Shown here: piece after piece, positions 38,256-47,621 of the stretch | Position numbering within the stretch: the stretch's first letter is position 1 | How the letters are laid out: each line of letters opens with the position of its first letter | Source: a bacterium | GTDB taxonomy: Bacteria; UBA8248 | Assembly (NCBI GenBank): GCA_965219955.1 | Contig: OZ244799.1 | Coordinates: 3,136,001-3,200,000, forward strand | Direction of reading: 5' to 3' | DNA: 64,000 bases | Translations under genes and position numbers: made by a program | Notes under the pieces: generated by a model | What the model was told of the DNA's origin: nothing | Seen by the model: the letters and a program-made list of their open reading frames with translations, nothing else | The model's database searches: none

Positions 38256-38465
38256 GTCCTGCTCCTCTGCCCCTTCCCGCGTGAAAAAACCAGGGCCATT
38301 TCTACGCGCACTTTGGGTGTAAGTCCAATAGCAGCCATGTTTCGCGAGGCCGCGCACCCAAAGCCCTCCCAAAGCGAAGCGAAATCCCTCTCCCATCTGA
38401 CACGTCGGCGCGCCGTGTGATAATCTGGCGATTGTGATTCGTTCCCCTGAAAGGAGTTTCGTCTC

Positions 38466-39494
38466 ATGATTCGCGACGACGTATTCGTATTCGACAACGT
38501 GGTGCACATGTACGACTACTCGGATGAGAACCTCGTCTCCGAGAAAAGCGAATACGACCGCCACTACCACGTGAGCAAGGTGCTCGGCAGGAGGCGGACG
38601 GCGCCCACGGACGTCTACGCGAACTGGCACCCGGTGGAGGGCTTCAAGCGCCGCTGGAGCGTGGAGGACATGGGCCGCCTCGTCTTTGAGGATTCGGGCA
38701 CCGACATGGCGATGGCGCAGGCCGTGCCCCTGTTCGATCTTTATAAAGACGGCTTCGCTCCCGTGAAGGCGCAGTACGCCTTCGCCCAGGCCTATCCCGA
38801 ACGCTGCCTGTTCTGCGGGGCCGTGGACCCGATGTACCCGAGCGTGGCCGCCGCGTGCGAGGAGATGGAGCGCCAGGTGAAGGAGTGGGGGGCCAAATCC
38901 ATCAAAATCTACAACGCCCACGTGGACGGGAAATCCTGGGCGTGCGACGACCCCGAAATCGCCTATCCCCTCTATGAGAAAGGACGCGAGCTGGGTATCG
39001 AGGTATTCCAGTTCCACAAGGGAAACCCCATCACGCGGGCGAAGCTGCGCGACCTCTCACCGCTCGACATCGAGGGCGCGGCCCTCGATTTTCCCGATCT
39101 GCTCTTCGGCGTCCACCACCTGGCGGTGCCCTATTTCGAAGAGGTCGTCTGGATGGCCAACCGCTACGAGAACGTCTTCCTCGTGCTCTCGGGCATCGGC
39201 CACACGCCGATGATCGCGCCCAGGACCTTCACCGAATGGATGGGCAGACTGCTGCGCGACGTGGGCTCCGAGCGAGTGCTCTGGGGTTCGGAGATGGCGC
39301 TCCTTGGAAACGCGAAGCCCGTCATCGAGTGGATATGGGAGATGGAGATCCCCGAATCCATGCAGGACGACTACGGCTATCCGCAGATCACCGAGCAGGA
39401 CAAGCGCAACATCCTGGGTCTCAACCAGGCGCGCATCTTCGGCGTGGACGTGGAGGCCAAGAAACGAGAGCTCTGGAACGGAGCGGCGCGATGA
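38466..39494 (+). CDS. Amidohydrolase_2-family protein
   Basis: FVFDNVVH, IKIYN, YPLYEK, FHKG, DFPDL.F.VHH, RVLWGSE, KRNILG.N; AAGGAG RBS. Confidence 0.85.
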   Translation: MIRDDVFVFDNVVHMYDYSDENLVSEKSEYDRHYHVSKVLGRRRTAPTDVYANWHPVEGFKRRWSVEDMGRLVFEDSGTDMAMAQAVPLFDLYKDGFAPVKAQYAFAQAYPERCLFCGAVDPMYPSVAAACEEMERQVKEWGAKSIKIYNAHVDGKSWACDDPEIAYPLYEKGRELGIEVFQFHKGNPITRAKLRDLSPLDIEGAALDFPDLLFGVHHLAVPYFEEVVWMANRYENVFLVLSGIGHTPMIAPRTFTEWMGRLLRDVGSERVLWGSEMALLGNAKPVIEWIWEMEIPESMQDDYGYPQITEQDKRNILGLNQARIFGVDVEAKKRELWNGAAR

Positions 39495-39829
39495 ACGACC
39501 ACGAAGCCCTCATCACCGACGTCGAGGACATCATCGAGACGCAGATTCGCCCGCTTCTCAAGATTCACGGCGGGGGCATCACGCTCGAGCGCGTGAGCGA
39601 GAAGGGAGAAGTTTCGCTTCGCTTCGAGGGCGCGTGCCGGGGCTGCATGCTCAAGAGCGTCACCTACGCCCTGGGCGTGCGCCAGAAGCTCATGCAGCAT
39701 CCCGGCGTTACGGACGTCGCCGTCGAGGGCGTGCGCATCTCCGATCACGCCATCAAGCGGGTGGAGAAATTCTACTCCGGCTATTCGTTTTGGGTGGGGC
39801 ATCCGCTCAAAGACCAATCACCGTCTTGA
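39491..39829 (+). CDS. NifU/NfuA C-terminal domain protein
   Basis: IRP.L..HGG.I.L...F.GACRGC (CxxC); ATGA overlap with the upstream gene. Confidence 0.85.
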   Translation: MNDHEALITDVEDIIETQIRPLLKIHGGGITLERVSEKGEVSLRFEGACRGCMLKSVTYALGVRQKLMQHPGVTDVAVEGVRISDHAIKRVEKFYSGYSFWVGHPLKDQSPS

Positions 39830-41115
39830 TCGCATCGCGCTACCAGACACGAAAAGACCTGCGCCTGTGGTACGGGTGGGTGATCCTCCTGGCCGTCTTC
39901 ATCATCATGACGGTGGTCATCGGCATCAGAAACTCCATCGGCGTTTTCTTCAAGGAGATATCGGGCGAGTTCGGCTGGAACCGCGCGCAGACGGCCGGCG
40001 CCTTCACCATGGGCATGCTCGGCCAGGGGCTGGTGGCTCCTTTCGCGGGATGGGTGCTCGAACGCTTCAACATGCGCTGGGTGATCGGGGCGGGAATTCT
40101 CGTGAACGGGGCGGCGCTCATCATCGGCGCCTACATCGACGCGCTCTGGCATTTTTACGCCATGTATTTTCTGCTCTCGCTCGGCTTCGCCTTCACGGCC
40201 AATCTGCCCCAGGTGCAACTGCTCGCCAACTGGTTCGTCCTGAAGCGCGGATTGGCGATGGGGTTTTCGCACGCCGCCCAGGGGCTGGCGCCCATCGTGA
40301 ACATCTTCACGCCCCTGCTCATCGCGGGCCTCGGCTGGCGGGGGAGCTACCTGGCGCTGGCGGGGATTGTTCTCCTTTTCGTATTACCATTCGCCGTGGC
40401 GCTGCTGCGCGAGCACCCCAGAGAGAAACGCACCGCGCCCGACGCGCCCTTTCTCACGTCCGAGGAGTTCTCCCGAGCGCGCGCGAGGAGCGCCGTCATC
40501 ATTCCTGTGGATAAAGAGAAAGAGACCGCCTCATTCTCTTTTTTCTTCACCCGCAGGTTCATGCTGATCGGAGGCATCTACGGCAGCATCGCCTACATCT
40601 TTACCGCCGTCCTGGTGCACCTGATCCCCCACGCGACGGACCAGGGCTTCTCCACCTCGGGGGGCGCCGCGCTATTCGCCCTCTACGGAGCGGCCCTCGT
40701 CGTGGGAAACGGGCTGAGCGCGGTATCGGACCGCATCGGGAGGCTCCCCACCTTCATGGTGGGGGTGGTGTGCGGGTTGGCCGCATGTTACCTCCTGGCC
40801 GCCTTCACGCAGGCGTCTGCCGAGTGGCGGATATACGCGGGCGCCATGGGGGTGGGCTTCGCCCTGGGATTCGTCCGGCCCACGGCGTCCTCTCTTCTGG
40901 CGGATCATTTCGCGGGGCCGGGCTTCGGCCTCGTGAACGGGTGCGCGATGATGGTCTTCTCCATCCTGGGCGCTCTCGGCCCCCTCGTGACGGGGATGCT
41001 CTTCGATGCGAGCGGGAACTATTATTCGGGTTTCCTCCTCGTGGGCTGCATGTTCATCACGGGCGCGATTTTCGTCGTGAGCCTCTCGCGCATGCCGCGG
41101 GAAGAACGCGGCTAG
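39826..41115 (+). CDS. MFS transporter
   Basis: WYGWVIL, NWF..KRGLAMG, SDRIGR; TTG start overlaps the upstream TGA. Confidence 0.88.
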   Translation: MIASRYQTRKDLRLWYGWVILLAVFIIMTVVIGIRNSIGVFFKEISGEFGWNRAQTAGAFTMGMLGQGLVAPFAGWVLERFNMRWVIGAGILVNGAALIIGAYIDALWHFYAMYFLLSLGFAFTANLPQVQLLANWFVLKRGLAMGFSHAAQGLAPIVNIFTPLLIAGLGWRGSYLALAGIVLLFVLPFAVALLREHPREKRTAPDAPFLTSEEFSRARARSAVIIPVDKEKETASFSFFFTRRFMLIGGIYGSIAYIFTAVLVHLIPHATDQGFSTSGGAALFALYGAALVVGNGLSAVSDRIGRLPTFMVGVVCGLAACYLLAAFTQASAEWRIYAGAMGVGFALGFVRPTASSLLADHFAGPGFGLVNGCAMMVFSILGALGPLVTGMLFDASGNYYSGFLLVGCMFITGAIFVVSLSRMPREERG

Positions 41116-41119
41116 GACC

Positions 41120-42388
41120 ATGAACGTCATGCGGGACGAATCGCGCCTCTGGTACGGCTGGGTGGTTCTGGCCGTGGTCTTTCTCGTCATGATCTCGCTC
41201 ATCGCATTCCGCGCCACCATCGGGCCCTTCTTCAAGGAAATCTCGGGCGAGCTGGGCTGGAGCCGGGGAGCGACGGCGGCGGCTTTTTCCATCGGCATGC
41301 TGGCCCAGGCGCTCGTCTCGCCGCTGGCGGGCATCTTTTCCGATCGCTGGAGCATCCGGGCGTCGATGTCGGCGGGCGTTGTGGTGTTCGGCCTCTCCTT
41401 GCTCATCGGGAGCCAAATCACATCGCTCTGGCATTTTTACCTGATGTACATCGGCCTGTGCGCGGGCTTCGCCGCGAGCACGTGGATCGCCCAGGTGCCC
41501 ACGCTCTCGAACTGGTTCGTGAAAAAACGAGGCCTGGCCTTAGGCATTTCCAACACCTGCCAGGGCGGGGCCTTCTGCCTGAACATCGCTACGCCCTACC
41601 TCATCGCGGCCCTGGGATGGCGGATGAGCTATCTGGCGCTTGCGGGCGTGACGCTGCTCATCGTGCTCCCCGTCTGCATCATTTTTCACAGGGACCACCC
41701 ATCCGAGAAAGGCACCATCGCCGACGCTCCCTTCGTCCGCAACCTCCCGGAAGAAGGAACGCCGAAACCACAGCCTCCATCCGCCGACGAGCCGCCTGTC
41801 TCCATGTACAACCTGCCGTTTTTCTTCTTCCTGGGCTCGTTCCTGCCCATGGCCTACGCCTTCGCGGGCATGCTCGTGCATCTGGTGCCCCACGCCACCG
41901 ACCAGGGTTTCTCGCTCAAGACCGCGAGCGTGCTGTTCGCCATCTGGGGGCTCTGCCAGGTGGCGGCGAACCTCGTAAGCCCGGTCTCGGACCGGCTGGG
42001 ACGGGTGCCGACGTACCTCATCGGCAACGCGCTCGGAATCGCCTCCGCCCTCATTCTCGCCACCTACGAGAAGGGAGACCCGGAGGTCCGCTTCTACATC
42101 GGTACGATAACCAACGGCTTCGCCCTGGGCCTCATACGGCCCACCGGTTCGGCCATCCTCGCGGATTACTTCGAAGGCCCCGGCTTCGGGCGCGTGAACG
42201 GGGTGGCGATGATGGCCTTCGCCCTCTGGGGCTCGGCGGGGCCGTGGACGACGGGCGCATTGTTCGACCTGCACGGCTCCTACCTGTGGGGGCTTTCGGC
42301 CTTCGCGCTCATGTTCTTTCTCTGCGGCTTCTTCGCCGTGTTGCTCGGCTGGACGAAAAGAGATAAGAGAGGGGCATCCCCCGCCTGA
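41120..42388 (+). CDS. MFS transporter, paralog of the preceding gene
   Basis: Shares LWYGWV, FFKEISGE.GW, VHL.PHATDQGFS, GPGFG.VNG with the upstream MFS. Confidence 0.9.
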   Translation: MNVMRDESRLWYGWVVLAVVFLVMISLIAFRATIGPFFKEISGELGWSRGATAAAFSIGMLAQALVSPLAGIFSDRWSIRASMSAGVVVFGLSLLIGSQITSLWHFYLMYIGLCAGFAASTWIAQVPTLSNWFVKKRGLALGISNTCQGGAFCLNIATPYLIAALGWRMSYLALAGVTLLIVLPVCIIFHRDHPSEKGTIADAPFVRNLPEEGTPKPQPPSADEPPVSMYNLPFFFFLGSFLPMAYAFAGMLVHLVPHATDQGFSLKTASVLFAIWGLCQVAANLVSPVSDRLGRVPTYLIGNALGIASALILATYEKGDPEVRFYIGTITNGFALGLIRPTGSAILADYFEGPGFGRVNGVAMMAFALWGSAGPWTTGALFDLHGSYLWGLSAFALMFFLCGFFAVLLGWTKRDKRGASPA

Positions 42389-42411
42389 ATCATGGAACCA
42401 CGAATTCGAGG

Positions 42412-43323
42412 ATGAGCATGGCCGTAGAAAGAGTCGACGGATTCTATTTTCACCCCACATCGCGCGAGCGCGTCCTGGCGCAGCGCCACGCGGACCCGGC
42501 CAAAACGCCCTGGACGCCGATGGCGAAACCGCTCGCCGAATGCAAGGTCACACTCGTCTCCACGGCCGGCATCTTCATGAAGGACGACGTTTCTTTCGAC
42601 TACGAAAGAGAGCGCCGCGAGGGCACCTGGGGCGACCCCACCCACCGGGAGATCCCCAAAACGGCGGGCCAGGACGACGTAGCGTATTCGCATCTGCACG
42701 TCGACACCTCGTTCATGGCCGAGGACAGGAACGTGGCCTGGCCGGTCGACATTTTCCTCGATTTCGAGAGGGAGGGAAAAATCGGCGCGCTGGCCGATAC
42801 GCTCTACTCCATCATGGGCTACATCCCGAACTTCAACCCGCTGGTGAAGCGCACGGCGCCGCTTATGATCGAGAAGATGAAAAAAGAGGGCGTGGACGCG
42901 GCCTTCCTCTACCCGGTCTGACCGCTCTGCAACCGGTCCGGCGGACTGCTTCAGCGCGAGATCGAAAAGGCGGGTATCCCCACCGTCATCATCTCCAACG
43001 TGCCCGAGACCACCGAGCGCGTCTGTGTGCCGAGAGCCGTCTTCGTCCAATACCCCTTCGGGCGGCAGTTGGGCCTCGTGAGTGACTACGCGGGCCAGCG
43101 AAAGATTTGCGAGGACATGGCCGCATTGCTCGATGAGGCGCAAGCCCCCAACGCCTACCGGCATTTGCCGTATGAGTGGCCAGAGCCGCCCGAGACCACC
43201 AAATGGCGTCCCGACGTTCCCCCGCCCATCTTCTCCGTCCGGCAGGGACAAGAGGGCGGACACAACCTGCTGGACGATTTCAAGGACGAAGAACGCGCCG
43301 CATATACGGACTCGGGGCGTTAG
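42412..43323 (+). CDS. PrdB/GrdB-like selenoprotein (Sec at TGA 42919-42921)
   Basis: KPLAECKVTLVSTAG, DRNVAWP, FLYPV-TGA-PLCNRS.GLLQREIEKAGIPTV, VPRA...YPFG; frame continues past TGA. Confidence 0.88.
42934..42948 (+). promoter_or_regulatory. Candidate bacterial SECIS hairpin
   Basis: CGGTCC-GGC-GGACTG starts 12 nt after the in-frame UGA; G in the apical loop. Confidence 0.55.
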
Positions 43324-43370
43324 CTGCGCGTTCGAGACACGCCTGCCGCCCTCCGCGCGACGTCTATAAC

Positions 43371-43707
43371 GGGGTTGTAGAAAAGCCTCGCTTCGCTTGA
43401 GATTAACCTTCGCCTTTGCTCGTCATTCTGAGGTCAGACCTGACCAATGCGGGCCTGTTAAAAAAATCCTTGCGGGTCGGGCCAAATCACTCCCCCCTTG
43501 AGGGGGAGTCGAAGAGCTAAGGGCGTAAGCCCGCAAGCGATTCGGTGGGGGGTATAATTCGGACTGGCGATAAAACGCATTTTACCCCCCACCGATTCAG
43601 CCTTCGCACAAATCGCTCGGCTTCATCGTCTGGCTTTCCCCTCGGGAAGCCAGACCCTCAAGGGGGGAGTGGTTCATTCCGACGCACACGGGGTTTATCA
43701 ACAACCC
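43371..43707. mobile_element. MITE-like shell 3 enclosing REPIN copy 2
   Basis: GGGGTTGTAGAAAAGCCTC (43371), GGGCCTGTTAAAAAA (43451), TTTATCAACAACCC ending at 43707. Confidence 0.45.
43487..43671. repeat. Palindromic dispersed repeat, copy 2
   Basis: Near-identical to 154-338 and 59604-59768. Confidence 0.9.
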
Positions 43708-43714
43708 AATTAAA

Positions 43715-45124
43715 CTACGCCTTCTCCAGCTTGGCGAAGTTGAGATAAAACCGCCCGTCCGCCTCCGCCCGCGAGAGCGTCTGCGCGAAGTCTTTCGATT
43801 CCACCCGGTAGATTCGCTCCTCTCCTCGCGCTCTCGAAAAATTCGTAAGCGCCTCCCCATCGAGGCCTTCGGGAGACTCTTTCCCCATCAGGGAGAGGAT
43901 GGTGGGAGCCAGGTCGATGTTGCCCGTCGGCGCGTCCATCTGCGCGCCCGCCGGGAAGGCGGGGCCTTGCGCAATCAGGAAGTTGCATAACTCATACGGA
44001 CTGCACGAACCGTGCGTTCCGCCGCTTCCCTTGTTGTTGGCCGATGAATACCCCCAGCCCGGGAGCGCGCCCTCGCGGTTCTCGCCTGCCAGGAAACCAT
44101 CGCCCCACTGAAAGCCCATGAGCAAATCCGGCGCGCGGGGTCCGCCGCAACCCGTAAGCCCCAGAGACATCGTACCCGGAAGCGCACCCTCCGCTCCTTC
44201 CCCATTTTTCGAGAACAATGGCCCCGCCCAGTCTTTCGTCCTCAAGAACGAGACCAGTTCCAGAAGTGTTTTATCCGACTCGGCGTAGAAAAGAGCGGCC
44301 CCCTCGCTGTGCGCCGCCTGCCAACTCTCCCCGCGGCCAGGGAGATCGCCAAGTTCCGCTTCCAGGTCGATCATGCCCGCCGTCGCCACGACCCCGTGGT
44401 CCGAGAACAGGAGAAGGTTCGTCTGCCTCCAGTCATCGTGTTCCGCCTGAAACCTCTCCCAAAACGCGCCGAACAGCCTGTCCACTCCTTCGAGCGCTTC
44501 GCGGTGAACCGCGCCTGCGGCGCCCTGGTGATGCTGCGTGCTGTCCGGCTCGCTCAGGTGAACCACGAGCACGGCGGGCGCGAGTTTCGGGATCGCGTAA
44601 TCGAGCGCCAGGTCGAGCGCCCACGCGCAGCGATCCAGATCGGGCTCGCCGGCAGAGGGAATTTCTCCATGTTCCTCGATTTTTTCGCGCTCCCCGGCAG
44701 GATACGCCGCAACGGGGTGAATCAGGCATGCGGCGCGGCTGGCGTTCCAGAGCCAGGCGGAGCCGCTCGACGCCGCGCTGATGATGACGCCGCCCCCGAC
44801 CGCCTCGAAAAAGGTATCCCTTAACAGCAGGCGTCCGCCCATGGCGCGCTGCCAGTCAATGAGATTCTCGTAGCTGCCCGTCGTGATGGTTTCGCCCAGT
44901 TCGCGCGAGAAGAGCGCATTGCCCGGAAGGCCGTGCTTGTCGGGGTAGACGCCGGTGGCGAGGCTCGAGACGCAAACTCTCGTCGAGGTGGGAAACGTGC
45001 TGCGGTGGTTCCGAAACCACGCGCCCCGCTTCGCCGCCGCCAGCAGATTCGGCGTTCTCTCCTCACTCAGGGCGTCCGCGCGCAGACCGTCGAACTGTAT
45101 CGCGATGACGCGAGGCGAGGGCAT
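43715..45124 (-). CDS. Alkaline phosphatase superfamily protein (NPP/phosphodiesterase-like)
   Basis: FDGLR, FPTST, TGVYPDKHG, EPDSTQH, SDHG, NIDLAPTIL. Confidence 0.85.
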   Translation of the reverse strand: MPSPRVIAIQFDGLRADALSEERTPNLLAAAKRGAWFRNHRSTFPTSTRVCVSSLATGVYPDKHGLPGNALFSRELGETITTGSYENLIDWQRAMGGRLLLRDTFFEAVGGGVIISAASSGSAWLWNASRAACLIHPVAAYPAGEREKIEEHGEIPSAGEPDLDRCAWALDLALDYAIPKLAPAVLVVHLSEPDSTQHHQGAAGAVHREALEGVDRLFGAFWERFQAEHDDWRQTNLLLFSDHGVVATAGMIDLEAELGDLPGRGESWQAAHSEGAALFYAESDKTLLELVSFLRTKDWAGPLFSKNGEGAEGALPGTMSLGLTGCGGPRAPDLLMGFQWGDGFLAGENREGALPGWGYSSANNKGSGGTHGSCSPYELCNFLIAQGPAFPAGAQMDAPTGNIDLAPTILSLMGKESPEGLDGEALTNFSRARGEERIYRVESKDFAQTLSRAEADGRFYLNFAKLEKA

Positions 45125-45138
45125 TCGTTCTCATCCCG

Positions 45139-45171
45139 AAAAAAAGCGGCGGGAGCTTCCACCCCCGCCGC
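45139..45171 (-). terminator. Intrinsic terminator downstream of the nitrile hydratase genes
   Basis: GCGGCGGG/CCCGCCGC stem followed by T7 on the minus strand. Confidence 0.6.
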
Positions 45172-45172
45172 G

Positions 45173-45326
45173 GGGGTTGTTGAAAAACCCTCATCAATCG
45201 TGTTCGACACGTAGGGGCGGACCTGCGTGTCCGCCCGATCGATCGGACGAGAACACGGAAAAACGGGAGCACACACGGGTGCTCCCCTACGCCCAACTAT
45301 TCAATCAGGGCTTTTTCAACAATCTC
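45173..45326. mobile_element. MITE-like shell 4 enclosing a GTAG REP pair (45211-45290)
   Basis: GGGGTTGTTGAAAAACCCT ... AGGGCTTTTTCAACAATCTC; inside GTAGGGGCGGACC...GTGCTCCCCTAC. Confidence 0.55.
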
Positions 45327-45350
45327 CGCGTGGAGAGATTGAGACTGTGA

Positions 45351-46115
45351 TCAGCTGGCCTGCCCCGACGCCTGCACGGCTTCTTCGAGCTGCTCGGGCG
45401 TCAGGGGGTCGCCCACGCCGATCATCGAATCGCGCGTCACGAGCTGGAAGAGCTGCGCTTCCGTCCAGTCCTCGGTTCCCGCCGGACGCTGGGGGATGAT
45501 GAGATAGCGGCAATCCGCGTTCGAGTCGATGACGATGAGCTCCACGTCGTCGGGCGCATCGAAACCCATGTCCTTCAAGGTGCCCCTCGGGTCCGTCACG
45601 GCTTTCGAGCGATAGGGGAAACTCTTATACCAGGTGGGGGGCTGGCCGAGGATTTGCCTCGGGTAGCACGAGCAAAGCGTGCACACCACCATGTAGCGGG
45701 TCGTGTCGGTATTCTCGAGGGCCACCACGCGGTTGATGCCCGTGGTGTCAACGCCCATCTCGCCGCAGGCGGCGTCCGCGTCCGCCAGGAGCCTCTCCTT
45801 GAAGCCCTCATCCACCCAGGCGCGCGCGATGATGCGCGAACCGATGGCGGGGCTCTGGCCGTAGATCTCCTCCACCGCGCGCCGCATCTCGTCCGTCGTG
45901 AGAAGTCCCTTCTCGCGGAGGACGTTCATCAGCGCCATCATGCGCACCTGGTAGTAGTCCAGATCGTGCTCGACCTGGGCCACGGCTCCTTCGCGGTAGG
46001 CGTCGTCGGACTGCATCCGCGCGTTGTGCGCAGAAGGGTCCTGACTGTAGGTGTGGGGATGGTCGCCGTGGTGGTGAACATGTCCGCCGTTGTGGTGATC
46101 GTGAGAGTGCGCCAT
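45351..46115 (-). CDS. Co-type nitrile hydratase alpha / thiocyanate hydrolase gamma-like subunit with His-rich N-terminus
   Basis: VVCTLCSCYP, ARAWVD..FK.RLL, P.WYKS..YRS, RY..IP.RPAGTE, VTRDSMIG; GAGGAG RBS. Confidence 0.9.
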   Translation of the reverse strand: MAHSHDHHNGGHVHHHGDHPHTYSQDPSAHNARMQSDDAYREGAVAQVEHDLDYYQVRMMALMNVLREKGLLTTDEMRRAVEEIYGQSPAIGSRIIARAWVDEGFKERLLADADAACGEMGVDTTGINRVVALENTDTTRYMVVCTLCSCYPRQILGQPPTWYKSFPYRSKAVTDPRGTLKDMGFDAPDDVELIVIDSNADCRYLIIPQRPAGTEDWTEAQLFQLVTRDSMIGVGDPLTPEQLEEAVQASGQAS

Positions 46116-46154
46116 GGTGTGCTCCTCGCTCACAGGGGAGCCGGCGGATTCGTC

Positions 46155-46442
46155 CTAGACCGGCTCCAGCCAATGTTCATAAATTTCGATATAGAGTTTG
46201 TCCTGTTTTTTGCCCGCCTCGTGATCCCACAGATCGTTGATGTCGAACTCCACCCAGTAGAGTTCCCTGAGCGGCAGGCCGTCGCCGCCGTAAGCGAGAT
46301 TCTCAGGATTCTTGTATTTGCCGAAATATCGGTTGATGACGCCCGTTTTTCCCTTCACGAAATACGTCGTTCGGTGATGACCGTCGGGGTACATCTCCTT
46401 GACGCGCACCCTGTCGCCCATATGGAACCGGGTTTCCTCCAT
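46155..46442 (-). CDS. Nitrile hydratase beta C-terminal SH3-like subunit (ScnA-like)
   Basis: F..GDRVRV....GHHRT..FVKGKTG.I...NPE..AYG...LY.VEF...LW...EHWLEP. Confidence 0.88.
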   Translation of the reverse strand: MEETRFHMGDRVRVKEMYPDGHHRTTYFVKGKTGVINRYFGKYKNPENLAYGGDGLPLRELYWVEFDINDLWDHEAGKKQDKLYIEIYEHWLEPV

Positions 46443-46525
46443 CGGAACATCCCCTTTGCAGTTGAATCGACTCGAACTGGAACACTTGCCTGAATTTTAC
46501 ACCCGGAAGGCGCTTTGTCCAGCCC

Positions 46526-47542
46526 CTATACCGAAAGGCGGTACACGCGCCTGGCGTTGGTCGTGAGGATCATCTCCTGCTCGGATTCGGAGAGACGATT
46601 CAGGCCCGGAATATCCCGCGCGGGCTGGTGATATCCCATGTCCGCCGGATAGTCCGTGCCGTAGAGAATCCGCTCCGCCCCCAGCGTCTTCGCCGCGAAC
46701 TCGAAGCAGTCCGCGTTGTGGATGATGGTGTCGTAATAGAAGCGGCCGAAATACTGTTCGGGGTCTTTCGCACCGTGCATCCTGGGCTCCCTGCGCTCGC
46801 CGTAGCCGTGCTGCCAGCGGCCCCTGATCCAGGGCACGAAGCCGCCCACGTGGGAGAGATAGAACCGAAGCCCCGGGAACCTGTCCATCACGCCGCCGAA
46901 GATAAGGCACGCGACCGCAACTGTGGTGTCGAGCGGGTTGCCGATAAAATTCCTCAGGTAGAAATCCTGGAGGCGGTCGCCTCCGCCCAGCACGTTCGTG
47001 GGATGCACGAACACGGGCATATCGAGCGCCTCCGCCTTCGCCCAGAAGACGTCCAGACCCGGATCGTCGAGGTTCCTGCCCGCCACGTTCGAGGCGATCA
47101 TCACGCCCAGGTGGCCGTTCGCGCACGCGCGTTCGAGTTCCGCCGCCGCGGCTTCGGGCGCCTGGAGGGGAACGGTGGCCATGCAGGAGAATTTGTCGGG
47201 ATACTCCCTCGCCAGCGCGCTCAGGCCGTCGTTCAGCGAGGCGGCCAGTTCCCTGTTCGCCTCCGCCTCGAGCGTATAGAGCGTCATGGCGGGGCCGATG
47301 GAGAGCACCTGGTGCGCGACGCCCATCCGCTCCATGTCGGCGAAGCGGGGTTCCAACTCATAGTAAAGAGGCGTGAGCTTGTTCCTGAGTTCCGAGTCGC
47401 GCCCCAGAACCTTTCCGCGCGTGATGAGCCACTCGCCGTGCTCGTCGGCCTCTATCGACGCCGTGCGTCCGAAGCGGCCCGCGCGCACGTCCGCAATGAA
47501 CTGCTCGGGATAGATATGGGTGTGGGGATCGATCGCCGCCAT
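46526..47542 (-). CDS. Amidohydrolase_2 (ACMSD-like decarboxylase/hydratase), paralog B
   Basis: DPHTH, PLQAPE.A..EL, FVHP, GNPLDTT, H.GG..P, YGTDYP. Confidence 0.88.
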   Translation of the reverse strand: MAAIDPHTHIYPEQFIADVRAGRFGRTASIEADEHGEWLITRGKVLGRDSELRNKLTPLYYELEPRFADMERMGVAHQVLSIGPAMTLYTLEAEANRELAASLNDGLSALAREYPDKFSCMATVPLQAPEAAAAELERACANGHLGVMIASNVAGRNLDDPGLDVFWAKAEALDMPVFVHPTNVLGGGDRLQDFYLRNFIGNPLDTTVAVACLIFGGVMDRFPGLRFYLSHVGGFVPWIRGRWQHGYGERREPRMHGAKDPEQYFGRFYYDTIIHNADCFEFAAKTLGAERILYGTDYPADMGYHQPARDIPGLNRLSESEQEMILTTNARRVYRLSV

Positions 47543-47621
47543 ATTCTTCTCTTATCTATAAAGGGAGGAGGCCCTCCCGGGCCCCCTCGCCGAAACTATC
47601 GAGCGTTTCGTCGCCGAAGCC

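Noticed and set aside
42919-42921. TGA as a nonsense mutation making a pseudogene
   Set aside because: It falls exactly at the family's Sec position (UxxC) with a SECIS-like hairpin downstream.
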